NCBI GenBank assembly: GCA_019752125.1
Contig: JAIEMM010000005.1
Span: 1 to 58,632, forward strand
Source of the DNA: Patescibacteria group bacterium
GTDB lineage: Bacteria > Patescibacteriota > Minisyncoccia > Phycocordibacterales > SBAW01
Direction: 5' to 3'
DNA: 58,632 nt
Shown: positions 1 to 8,516 of the stretch, piece by piece
Position numbering within the stretch: position 1 is the first letter of the stretch
Layout: the number at the start of each line of letters is the position of its first letter
Translations under genes and position numbers: made by a program
Notes under the pieces: model-generated
The model's input: the letters and a program-made list of their open reading frames with translations, nothing else
The model's database searches: none
Told to the model about the DNA's origin: nothing

Positions 1-907
1 GATTCACTTGCTCTTCGATGGCAAGTTTGAGCACTGTGAGCCTGATTGGTTCTGGCAACCAAACATACGAACTTGATGTGGTAGCAGATAGTATGTGTCT
101 CGCTCGCCCTAGCATCTTCCTTGCGGCCTCACGATGCGGGAACACTTTTACTTCCAGTATGTTCGCCGCCCCCACATAAGACTGATCTGTGAAGTCAGTT
201 AGCGTTGCTTGTCTGACTACCGCAAGAGCTGAAGCGGCGATCTGTGGAAACATCGCTTCGAGTTTAGCGAAACTTGGGTTGTGTATTTTCTTTCCCAGCT
301 TCACCTGCCTGATACGTAACGGCACTGTCGCAGCAACAAGCGAGAGAAATATATCGATCCCGTATCCATACACCGCCTCGACCGGTACTGTGCCCACCAA
401 CACATCTAAAAATAGACGGTTGAAAGCGAAATCGCCTGCAATTGGCTGACGAACTCGCTGTCCGGTAAATCCGTAGATAACCGGGTACGCGAAATGATTG
501 GTTGAACTCCCTTCAAATCGACTCCTCTCGTAAAGCGGGGTTACATAATCGGCTTCGCCACTCATTAACGGGTCGAGCAGTCGCCGCATCCAATCTTCAG
601 TAACTGACGTAATATCAGTATCGATCGTAACGCAGAAATCAGCATCTTCCTTACGGGCCACTTCAGTAAAAGACAGAAGATTCCTACCCTTTCCCGGCTC
701 TCCCTGAGGCACAATACTTGTCTTGGGATAGTAGGTGATTTCTTTATTGAACACCTCTCTAGTACCATCAACACTATTACTATCAACGTTTACAATGCGT
801 GCCGATGTAAGACCGGGCACAGATCGTAAACCCTTATCGACGATACGTGTAACCGTACCAATCGTCCCAGCCTCATTCAGGCTAGGTAAGCATACGAGCA
901 CTTTCAT
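1..907 (-). CDS. GT-A glycosyltransferase, glucosylglycerate/mannosylglycerate synthase-like (partial; runs off the left edge)
   Basis: Absent from the ORF track because there is no stop in the window. Hand translation from ATG 907 (RBS AGGAGG) gives MKVLVCLPSLNEAGTI...VDSNSVDGT...GKGRN...IDTD...YVTPLYERSRFEGSSTNHFAYP...RQPIAGDFAF...YGIDI, open to position 1. Confidence 0.8.
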   Translation of the reverse strand, partial: MKVLVCLPSLNEAGTIGTVTRIVDKGLRSVPGLTSARIVNVDSNSVDGTREVFNKEITYYPKTSIVPQGEPGKGRNLLSFTEVARKEDADFCVTIDTDITSVTEDWMRRLLDPLMSGEADYVTPLYERSRFEGSSTNHFAYPVIYGFTGQRVRQPIAGDFAFNRLFLDVLVGTVPVEAVYGYGIDIFLSLVAATVPLRIRQVKLGKKIHNPSFAKLEAMFPQIAASALAVVRQATLTDFTDQSYVGAANILEVKVFPHREAARKMLGRARHILSATTSSSYVWLPEPIRLTVLKLAIEEQVN

Positions 908-924
908 TTAGCCCTCCTGTGCTG

Positions 925-1473
925 TTATTTTTCCGTCTCAAAGCGTGCCACCTCGGCCTCATATCGAACCCGCAAACTCTTCCATGCAGGTTCGTCGCTG
1001 TATTCTTTTGTAAGGTCCAGGAAGTATTTCTCCTTGTTTATCAAGAATTCTTGCTTTTTTTTGTCCGGCACAAGCTTGACATAAATGCTATTTATTTGCA
1101 AATCTGCAGCCTTAATGACCACCGCTTCCCGACCCGCTGCCAATGTTCGAGTGTACATATCTTGATATTTTTTCATCTCGTCTGAAATACTTTCGTCATA
1201 TGAAACTGCCTTAACGAGTTGCAGGACTCGAGAACCAAACGCAGCTTCAAGTTGCTCTTCAGTCACTCCCGTGTCTTCAAGCACGTCATGGAGAATAGCC
1301 GGGATTACTATATCTTTTGGATAACCAGCCTCCAAAAGAGAGAAGGCAACCCTGAGTGTATGTAGAATTACCGGTTTAGGGTTGTTGCCAGTCTTAGCGT
1401 ATTCGCTAACAAAAAAGCTAATGGCTTTCTCAATCTCAAACCCATCTTCTGGCGAGACGAATATATTAAACAT
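925..1473 (-). CDS. HD-domain hydrolase, RelA/SpoT-hydrolase (Mesh1/SAH)-like
   Basis: HTLRVA...ILHDVLEDT...VIKAAD...N motifs. Confidence 0.75.
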   Translation of the reverse strand: MFNIFVSPEDGFEIEKAISFFVSEYAKTGNNPKPVILHTLRVAFSLLEAGYPKDIVIPAILHDVLEDTGVTEEQLEAAFGSRVLQLVKAVSYDESISDEMKKYQDMYTRTLAAGREAVVIKAADLQINSIYVKLVPDKKKQEFLINKEKYFLDLTKEYSDEPAWKSLRVRYEAEVARFETEK

Positions 1474-1490
1474 GGCTCCATGTTACCAAA

Positions 1491-1517
1491 GAAAAAGGCG
1501 GTCAGATAGACCGCCTA
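1491..1517 (-). terminator. Intrinsic terminator-like hairpin after the HPrK-like gene
   Basis: AGGCGGTC-agata-GACCGCCT hairpin followed by a U-tract on the minus strand. Confidence 0.6.
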
Positions 1518-1527
1518 AATTACTCAG

Positions 1528-2466
1528 TTAATTTATGTGACCTTTTATGTAGTCAGTCACATCCTTTAGAGGTCCTGATACATACATCATGGAAGGAACC
1601 CGGATAAGGTGCTCGATTAGGATTTTCCTTTTGCCGAACAACTCTTCGGTATCCAACGATGGTACGTAGCCCAAAAACTCCAGTTCCGCACCAAACAACG
1701 CTATTGAGGTGGCACGGATGTAACGCGAGAAGTTTTCGTTGAGATACAATCTTGTGACCACGCCGTCTGCTGGCCTCACAAACAACCCCTGCAGTGTATC
1801 GTCGACATGAACCAAAAACGAACGCGCTATGTCAACAGGAGTTGTCTGAACTTCTATTCCTAACTCGTCAGGCATCCGAAAAACCTTATGAAGCCATGGA
1901 TCCGTTCGAATTGGAGGAAACAGACTTAGCGTGTCTGGGAGATTACGTCGCATGGATTCGTAGCGAAGATGGAAATACTTTGTCCCATTCCTCGCAACTA
2001 CTTTTTGTCGTACCGAATCAAAACCGAGCTGGACTAAATCATTCCCTATTAGCTTTCCTCCATGCCACCGACACAAACCTAACGCCGTGGAAGTTTTTCC
2101 AGCGCCCTCTTTTCCAAAAAGCATTACTGCTCCGGAACTGAAGCCTACCGCGGCTGCATGTGCGGTGACATAACCCGTCTGTTGATTTTGTAATTCAACA
2201 AACGGCAGGGCCGCATACACTAACAAGTCTCCGCTCTGAACCAGGGATACTGGTCCTTCCACTTCAACCTGCCGGTCTCCGTATCTAACCTTGGGCGTAG
2301 CTGAAACTCGGTATCTAACCGTGTACTGATAGCCCGTATTTCTCTGCTCTACAGTTAGCCCAGCAAAATTCGACTCACGAGCCGTTTTCTGCAAAGCTCC
2401 TACGAGGTCTGTAGCTGATTCGACCCCGATTAACTGCCCGTCAATGCTTAGCGTGTAGGTAAACAT
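1528..2466 (-). CDS. HPr kinase-related P-loop kinase
   Basis: HAAAV...GKEGAGKTS (Walker A)...GNDLV motif order typical of the HPrK/PEPCK fold. Confidence 0.7.
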   Translation of the reverse strand: MFTYTLSIDGQLIGVESATDLVGALQKTARESNFAGLTVEQRNTGYQYTVRYRVSATPKVRYGDRQVEVEGPVSLVQSGDLLVYAALPFVELQNQQTGYVTAHAAAVGFSSGAVMLFGKEGAGKTSTALGLCRWHGGKLIGNDLVQLGFDSVRQKVVARNGTKYFHLRYESMRRNLPDTLSLFPPIRTDPWLHKVFRMPDELGIEVQTTPVDIARSFLVHVDDTLQGLFVRPADGVVTRLYLNENFSRYIRATSIALFGAELEFLGYVPSLDTEELFGKRKILIEHLIRVPSMMYVSGPLKDVTDYIKGHIN

Positions 2467-2474
2467 TGAACCTC

Positions 2475-3665
2475 CTATAGTTCAAGCATCCATGGTCGGA
2501 AGTTAAGAATCTCCTGCACATAGTCCGCAGAGAGCATATCCTTCTCGACCAAACGCTCAACCTCCACCGGATCAACATCGTTGCTTGTTGCCACATGCAA
2601 CATTGCCGGCGGCAGCAGCGTGTCACCACAGCGAGTTAAGGCTGACACAGTGCAACGAACATTCAGTTCGATAGCGATGCTCTTGGAAAGCTTCGATACT
2701 AGATACCCCATCACCCTGCCTGTGTGATAAACAGGATTTTTACCGGCCCAAGACTCAAGCGTATGGACACGGTGAGACGAAATGACACCGTTGAGCGAGT
2801 TCCCTCGACCCACAATGCCCTCTTCGCCACATTCAATACAGCTCCCAAGTCCTAGCATGTACTGGTGCTGATATGGGTTCACCCGGACGACTATTTTTTG
2901 ATTATTGCCTGCGAACCGACCTACAAGAGCTGTGAGTTGCTCTTCATGGTATTTGATCAATTCAAGATATCGCTCTCGAGACGGTGTATGGATACTAATA
3001 GTAGGTACACACAACACCGCCTCCAGCTCGTTTCCTCGACGCAATACCATAACCTTAATGTCTTGACCGATTTCCGGAAACCTTGGGATGGCAAATCCAC
3101 CTACAGGCTCCCAAAAATATCGCTCCAGCCGATACGCGAGCATTTCAGCCAACGTCGGCGGCCAATGACCAACACAGAAGGAAGTGTCATTGGCTCTGGC
3201 ATGATCCGCATCAGGGATGTCTGCTCGGTCGCGAGGGGTGAACCAGTGTGCGACCTTCGTATGCTGAGTTGCATTGGGGTCGATAATAAGATCTTCGGGA
3301 GTAATGCGTGGCAAAACCTTGCTAAGATAGTTCCACACTGCATTATGCTGGATCTCTTCGATACCAATCGCCTCACCTCCGAACGTATTCGTCATTCGAC
3401 CATTCACCCGCACCACAACAGGCGCGAGGCGATTGCACTGACTATAGTCGTTTTTGTAGTAACCAGCGCCGATATAGAGTTTGTCCACGTTGTGGTGCGG
3501 GATAAGCCCATACCTCTGTAGACACTCTCTTGAAAAAGCGATGGACACTTCGTTCGCCAGAGCATCTGCAAGAGAGTCAGGATGTCCGACCCCTTTACGC
3601 TCTACTACTTCGACCGGTAGCACTGCGGGGTCAAAGTAGTCCTTCGTAATATTCAGATAGTTCAC
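2475..3665 (-). CDS. mat: Methionine adenosyltransferase, archaeal type
   Basis: VEVVERKGVGHPDSLADALA, HHNVDK, GQDIKVM, GRGN, GKNPVYHTG motifs. Confidence 0.85.
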   Translation of the reverse strand: MNYLNITKDYFDPAVLPVEVVERKGVGHPDSLADALANEVSIAFSRECLQRYGLIPHHNVDKLYIGAGYYKNDYSQCNRLAPVVVRVNGRMTNTFGGEAIGIEEIQHNAVWNYLSKVLPRITPEDLIIDPNATQHTKVAHWFTPRDRADIPDADHARANDTSFCVGHWPPTLAEMLAYRLERYFWEPVGGFAIPRFPEIGQDIKVMVLRRGNELEAVLCVPTISIHTPSRERYLELIKYHEEQLTALVGRFAGNNQKIVVRVNPYQHQYMLGLGSCIECGEEGIVGRGNSLNGVISSHRVHTLESWAGKNPVYHTGRVMGYLVSKLSKSIAIELNVRCTVSALTRCGDTLLPPAMLHVATSNDVDPVEVERLVEKDMLSADYVQEILNFRPWMLEL

Positions 3666-3677
3666 TTTGATTCCTCC

Positions 3678-4406
3678 TTACAAAAGGTCGGTGATTCGAG
3701 CTTTTTCCGAGACAGTGAATGTTAGGCCTCGGACCAACACAGCAGGCACCCCCTCTCCAGCTTGACCCATGAGAATTGAAGCAGCTGCAGCAATCTCATC
3801 AACCAAAGCAATACGAGGATGCGACACGTTGCCAAACAGATCAACTTTTTCAGCAGTTTCTATGGCACCGATACCAGCGATACCAATAGCCATTCCAACA
3901 GAACCGTCTCGATAATCTCTTCCGCACGAGTCGTTGATGATTACCGCTATGGTCTTGCCTGTGTGCTCGAGAACTCGAGCACGAACAACACGTGCGCTGT
4001 TGTCGGGATCTCGAGGCAGAAGCACAACCCGACCCGCCTCATGAGGCGCAATATTTGATCGGTCCACTCCCGAACTAGAGCCCACGAAACCTAGTTTGTG
4101 TCGCGTGATAATCATGCGACCTTTTACAGCTAGGACTTCTTTTGCTTCATCGAGATATACCTGCACCAACCGAGGATCTCGACCGGTCTGAGCGGCAAGC
4201 TGAAGAGCTTCCGCAGACGCAGTAATCGTTTGAAGGTCCACAACGGCCCCTTCGGCTTTAGAGACAATCTTTTGAGCCAAAACGAGTACGTCGCTGTCTT
4301 CGAAACTACCCGACGACTCAACGGCCCTTATTAAAAGAGCCGGCAAATCATCGCCTGGGTTAATAAGCGGCAAAGTGCCTATCGCACGCACGGTGTATGA
4401 TCCCAT
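3678..4406 (-). CDS. cofE: CofE-family (F420-0:gamma-glutamyl ligase-like) protein
   Basis: LPLINPGDDL, QKIVSKAEG, GVDRSN, LLPRDPD, DEIAAAASILMGQ, PAVLVRG. Confidence 0.85.
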   Translation of the reverse strand: MGSYTVRAIGTLPLINPGDDLPALLIRAVESSGSFEDSDVLVLAQKIVSKAEGAVVDLQTITASAEALQLAAQTGRDPRLVQVYLDEAKEVLAVKGRMIITRHKLGFVGSSSGVDRSNIAPHEAGRVVLLPRDPDNSARVVRARVLEHTGKTIAVIINDSCGRDYRDGSVGMAIGIAGIGAIETAEKVDLFGNVSHPRIALVDEIAAAASILMGQAGEGVPAVLVRGLTFTVSEKARITDLL

Positions 4407-4540
4407 GATTTTCTCCTTGTGAAGAACAGGTTGCAGAACTTAGCATCTGTCGGCTACTTTTCATTAATTTTTGAGTTTTGTCAACGTCATTTTATTTAAC
4501 ATTGCCAAGTGAGAAAACCGCTCCACTTTCCACAAAAGCA

Positions 4541-4567
4541 GAAAACCGCCAGCAGTGGCGGTGTTTC
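4541..4567 (-). terminator. Hairpin terminator downstream of tRNA-Ala
   Basis: ACCGCCA-gcag-TGGCGGT with flanking A/T runs. Confidence 0.55.
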
Positions 4568-4576
4568 TGTCTTTTG

Positions 4577-4649
4577 TGGACCCTACCGGGATCGAACCGG
4601 TCGCCTCCTCATTGCAAATGAGGCGCTCTACCAAATGAGCTAAGGGCCC
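4577..4649 (-). tRNA. tRNA-Ala(TGC)
   Basis: GGGCCCTTAGCTCATTTGGTAGAGCGCCTCATTTGCAATGAGGAGGCGACCGGTTCGATCCCGGTAGGGTCCA; cloverleaf, G3:U70 pair, CCA not encoded. Confidence 0.97.
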
Positions 4650-4700
4650 GAACGTCAATAATATATACCAGAAACCCAAAAAAACATAGTCCAGGAGGGC

Positions 4701-5144
4701 CTATGATTTGGGGGTTTCTACACTAAGCTCGTCGATCTTGGCAGCCAAGATGAAGTCGTTCTCTGAAAGACCATCAATGGCGTGAGTGGAGAGTTCGACG
4801 CCCACATTATCGTACGAAACGGTCATGTCTGGGTGATGATTCTCCCCTTCAGCAATAGCAGCAACTTTGTTTACAAAGAGGATAGTTTTTTTGTAGTTAG
4901 GGAACGAGAAGCTGCGTGCAAGAAGGCCGGCACCTTCAACAAGAGTCCATTCTGGGTTGAGTTGCTTAAGAAGCTCCTCAGCCTGCTCTTTTGTAAGAGG
5001 GTCTACTCCCCCTTCGCATGGAATGCAGCGCTTGCGGGCAAGCGGAAGGCTTTCATTATCAACAGCGATATCGTCGCAATCCTCAGAAGAGCTTTGGTCC
5101 TGTGCAGGAATGTCTTTGTCGTCGAATAGTTCAGATGAAATCAT
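4701..5144 (-). CDS. phhB: Pterin-4-alpha-carbinolamine dehydratase
   Basis: CIPCEGG, AEGENHHPD, STHAIDGLSENDFILAAKID. Confidence 0.9.
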   Translation of the reverse strand: MISSELFDDKDIPAQDQSSSEDCDDIAVDNESLPLARKRCIPCEGGVDPLTKEQAEELLKQLNPEWTLVEGAGLLARSFSFPNYKKTILFVNKVAAIAEGENHHPDMTVSYDNVGVELSTHAIDGLSENDFILAAKIDELSVETPKS

Positions 5145-6139
5145 AGAGATGCAGAATATCCCCTCTGGCCTCTGCGGGCAAGCTCAACAATATGAGTTAG
5201 GAAGTCAGTAAGGGTTGAACCAACCGCCGCCACAGCTTTTGGAAACAAAGATTCTTTCGTCATACCCACACCCGCAGCGTTATTTACTTCTAAAAAGTAC
5301 ACGCCGCGCTTACTTACGATAAAGTCAGAGCGTGAGTAGTGCGACAAGCCCATTGCCTCATGCACCTCGCGCGCATGTTGCATAAGCTGATCTTTTTCGT
5401 CCGCAGTAAAGTTACCCGGCACACGTTCTGTTGTCTCCCCGCTGTATTTTGCATCGTAGGAAAAGAATCCGTGTTTTGGCGGTGGGATAATTTCAACTGG
5501 CAGCAATGCGTACGTTTTCTCTCCACGGAAATTGTCGATAACCCCAACCGTAGCTTCTTTGCCGCGGATAAATTCTTCTATAAGGATTTTCGGAGAAATA
5601 TCGAATGCTTTATGGAGCGCTGGTTCAAGGTCATGAAATGTATGTACAACGGTCGCGCCAACGGATGAGCCGCCTATTGCAGGTTTTACTATCGCAGGAT
5701 GCGGAAAACTACGGAATAGTTCGAACGCTCTCCTTTCCACATCCTCAACTTCGTCTCTATCAATCAGTACTGCATGCGCAGTCTTGATACCAAGCTTCGA
5801 CACAAGTTCTTTTGTGCTGTGTTTGTTGAAGGCAAGAGATGATGCAAACGCATCAGAGCCTGTATACGGCACCGCCACAGCGTCTAGAATGCGCTGTAGC
5901 TGGCCGTCTTCGCCATACTCTCCATGGATCACATTAAACGCCACATCTATACCGCGCAGCGCCTTTTCAGGCAGCACTGGGGCGCCGTGCAAATGCCACT
6001 GGCCGTCACGACCAATAAAAATATCGCGCGCTTCGTATTTATTTTTATCAAGCGCTTCAAGAATAGCTGCGCCGCTCTTAAGCGACACATCATATTCGCT
6101 CGACGGTCCACCTCGAAGTACTCCGACTACCGTTCTCAT
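5141..6139 (-). CDS. ddl: D-alanine--D-alanine ligase
   Basis: GGPSSEYDVSLKSG, HGEYGEDG, KPAIGGSSVG, SRSDF, LEVN. Confidence 0.93.
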   Translation of the reverse strand: MRTVVGVLRGGPSSEYDVSLKSGAAILEALDKNKYEARDIFIGRDGQWHLHGAPVLPEKALRGIDVAFNVIHGEYGEDGQLQRILDAVAVPYTGSDAFASSLAFNKHSTKELVSKLGIKTAHAVLIDRDEVEDVERRAFELFRSFPHPAIVKPAIGGSSVGATVVHTFHDLEPALHKAFDISPKILIEEFIRGKEATVGVIDNFRGEKTYALLPVEIIPPPKHGFFSYDAKYSGETTERVPGNFTADEKDQLMQHAREVHEAMGLSHYSRSDFIVSKRGVYFLEVNNAAGVGMTKESLFPKAVAAVGSTLTDFLTHIVELARRGQRGYSASL

Positions 6140-6153
6140 ACCCCTATTCTAAC

Positions 6154-7413
6154 CTACAATCCGCGCAAAGGGTTTCGAAGTTTTTTGTGATATGTGATAG
6201 CAAAACGGTGCGCCTCTGCGTTAGCTAAAAGAATGTCTCGTTCGCGCCCAGCTATCACTTCTCGCTTGCCTTGGATAGAACGCGGGCGATGTTTTTCATC
6301 TTTAACGACACCAATGACAGGAATTTGTATGCCGTGTTCTTCTAGAACTTTTGTTGCTGCATTTATTTGCGCAGTGCTCCCGTCTACCGCAATCACGCGC
6401 GGCATCGGCCATTCATCATGGCCCAGGCGACGCGTAAGCACCTCTGTAAGCGAGCCTGCATCATCTCCACCCTTCGCTGTTTTGATTTTAAATTTACGGT
6501 ATTGATCTTTATTTGGATGGCCATCTTCAACAACGACCATCACTCCAACTACTGAAGTGCCTCCCATGTGGGCAATGTCGTATGCCTCGATGCGTGTATT
6601 GCCTACAGTGCTACCAGTTGAACGGTATTCGTCTTTGATAAGAGAAACATCTTGAATGTGTTGCAGTGCAAATATCTGCCCGCGCAAACGTGCAGCTTCT
6701 TCAAAGTCTTCTGTCTTTGCTGCAACTTTCATATCTTTCTCCAAGCTCTTAATAAGTTCTACTTTCTTACCCTGGAAAAGCAGCGCAATGCGGCGAATGA
6801 TTTTTCTATAATCAGTTTTTGAAATTTCTCCTGTGCAAACCCCCGGACACAAACCTATGTGGCGGTTAAAACAAGCCTTACCTGGTCCGCCAGCTGGCGG
6901 AGGAAAACACTTATCATCGCGGTACGGAAAAATCTTCCGAATTATTTTCATCGCGGCTTTTAATTGCAGACCGTGAGGAAAGGGTCCGAAGATGTGCATG
7001 TAGTCATCCGGATCCTGCATAGCTAGCTCGCGCCCACGAACATAGCGGATTATTGGGAATCCGCCAGCTGGCGGACTATCTTTCGTTATTACAACGTAAT
7101 TCCAACTTTTGTCATCTTTGAGGTCAGTGTTGTGTTTAGGCTTGTGCGTCTTAATTAAGTTCGCTTCAAGAAGTAGTGCTTCCAAGACAGAGTCTGTCTC
7201 GCGCCAATCTATCGCCTGCGCCTTCTCAAGCATCTTCACAAGCAACGGCCCGCGAGCCTTTGCCAAATCAGGAGAGAAATAGCTTCGCACACGGCTACGC
7301 AGAGATGTCGCCTTCCCTATATACAAAACCTCCTTGTTCTTACCAAGGAAAAAATACACCCCCGGCCCATCCGGGATCTTTTTCATGTTCTTTCTGAATT
7401 GCTCGAGGGTCAT
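6154..7413 (-). CDS. uvrC: Excinuclease ABC subunit C (short form: GIY-YIG, UVR, RNase H-like; no HhH tail)
   Basis: PGVYFF, YIGKATSLRSRVRSYF, FEEAARLR, RIEAYDIAH, VDGS, EAHRFAITYH. Confidence 0.88.
   Translation of the reverse strand: MTLEQFRKNMKKIPDGPGVYFFLGKNKEVLYIGKATSLRSRVRSYFSPDLAKARGPLLVKMLEKAQAIDWRETDSVLEALLLEANLIKTHKPKHNTDLKDDKSWNYVVITKDSPPAGGFPIIRYVRGRELAMQDPDDYMHIFGPFPHGLQLKAAMKIIRKIFPYRDDKCFPPPAGGPGKACFNRHIGLCPGVCTGEISKTDYRKIIRRIALLFQGKKVELIKSLEKDMKVAAKTEDFEEAARLRGQIFALQHIQDVSLIKDEYRSTGSTVGNTRIEAYDIAHMGGTSVVGVMVVVEDGHPNKDQYRKFKIKTAKGGDDAGSLTEVLTRRLGHDEWPMPRVIAVDGSTAQINAATKVLEEHGIQIPVIGVVKDEKHRPRSIQGKREVIAGRERDILLANAEAHRFAITYHKKLRNPLRGL
6886..6901. repeat. Short palindrome TCCGCCAGCTGGCGGA inside uvrC (copy 1)
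   Basis: Perfect 16-bp palindrome, identical to 7060-7075; encodes PPAGG. Confidence 0.75.
7060..7075. repeat. Short palindrome TCCGCCAGCTGGCGGA inside uvrC (copy 2)
   Basis: Identical to 6886-6901; variant at 28136-28154. Confidence 0.75.
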
Positions 7414-7485
7414 AATTTGACAACACCATTATACCATGATATTACTGCAAACAAAGTTCCTCTCGCTCAAATAAGGATTCGTTCG

Positions 7486-7830
7486 ATGACCCGTGACGAA
7501 GCTTTACATACGGTTGTGCTCTCTAGCCTTTGGCCGGAAGAAATTCGTGATCAAAAATCTGCCGAAGCTTATTTCAATAGGTTGCCAGATGAAGCGCTTA
7601 TTGCCTCCGCGCAGAAGATCTTGGCGGCGCACACGCGACATTTCAAAGCTTGGGAGAAGTTCGGGAACGAAAACCGCAACCTTCCACTAGAAGAAATGGT
7701 TCGGAAATTTCTGAGTGAAGTCGTAAGAAAGGATCCCGAACGTACTGCAGACCTTCAACTGATCCAGGGAATCTGGCGCAACCCCAAACCACCAAACCCC
7801 TTCCTGTCTCCCGCCTCGCAACAAGTTTAG
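7486..7830 (+). CDS. Hypothetical protein (ORFan cassette)
   Basis: ATG 7486 with AAGGA RBS, TTGACA upstream, hairpin terminator 7813-7848. Confidence 0.6.
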   Translation: MTRDEALHTVVLSSLWPEEIRDQKSAEAYFNRLPDEALIASAQKILAAHTRHFKAWEKFGNENRNLPLEEMVRKFLSEVVRKDPERTADLQLIQGIWRNPKPPNPFLSPASQQV

Positions 7831-7881
7831 TTGCGAGGCTTTTATTTTCTAAAAAAGAAAAACTCCGGTTTGAGACCGGAG

Positions 7882-8412
7882 CTACTCTGCCGCAAGAAGC
7901 AAGTCCTTATCTTCCCCAAGTTCAAGCAGGGCTCGTTGGATTGCAGAACCAGTGGGCATGCGCTGTGCCAGCTTCCTCACCTGCTGAGGAGAGATTGTCC
8001 GCCGTTGCAATTCGCGCATAACCAGATCGTAGAATGGCCGATCGATTTCCTCGAGCCCGGCGATCTGCGTGACTTCGCGCCGGAAGACTCCGAGCCGCAT
8101 CAGATCTTCTACCTGGTTGAACTCGCGAACAATGTCGAGAGCTTCAAGATAGATTTTGATGCGACTTCTTTTACCTCGCCTGATGGACGGACGCACAGTC
8201 AACATTCTTGTTCCGTCCATTGTTTTGACGCGGCGGCCGAATAGCGGCTCGCACACCAAAGAGATATTCGGTTTGAACTCGAGCAATTGCTGCTCCGTCA
8301 CTCCCGGCTTGCCGCGCAAAAGCCAAAGCCATTTGCGCCAAACGTTTACTCTGGGCTGTGATGCCCAATAGGCAATCCAGCAGTAGATATGGGCAATCGG
8401 TTCTTCGTTCAC
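7882..8412 (-). CDS. Hypothetical protein (ORFan cassette)
   Basis: GTG start with AGGAGG RBS; terminator CTCCGGT-TTGAG-ACCGGAG plus U-tract at 7851-7881. Confidence 0.6.
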   Translation of the reverse strand: MNEEPIAHIYCWIAYWASQPRVNVWRKWLWLLRGKPGVTEQQLLEFKPNISLVCEPLFGRRVKTMDGTRMLTVRPSIRRGKRSRIKIYLEALDIVREFNQVEDLMRLGVFRREVTQIAGLEEIDRPFYDLVMRELQRRTISPQQVRKLAQRMPTGSAIQRALLELGEDKDLLLAAE

Positions 8413-8488
8413 TTCACCCTCCTGGGGTTTTAAATGGGGCTGAGCACTGTACTAGAGGCTCTAAAGCCTAAGTATATCATGTATTTCG

Positions 8489-8513
8489 CTGAGCAAGGTC
8501 GAACCTTGCTCAG
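8489..8513. repeat. REP-like palindrome CTGAGCAAGGT-CGA-ACCTTGCTCAG
   Basis: 11-bp arms; related copies at 13682 and 14102. Confidence 0.7.
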
Positions 8514-8516
8514 TTT

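Noticed and set aside
189-786. Short ORFs 189-449 and 565-786, or a frameshifted pseudogene here
   Set aside because: A single uninterrupted minus-strand GT frame runs from 907 to the window edge.
4464-4679. 71-aa ORF
   Set aside because: Overlaps tRNA-Ala and its terminator.
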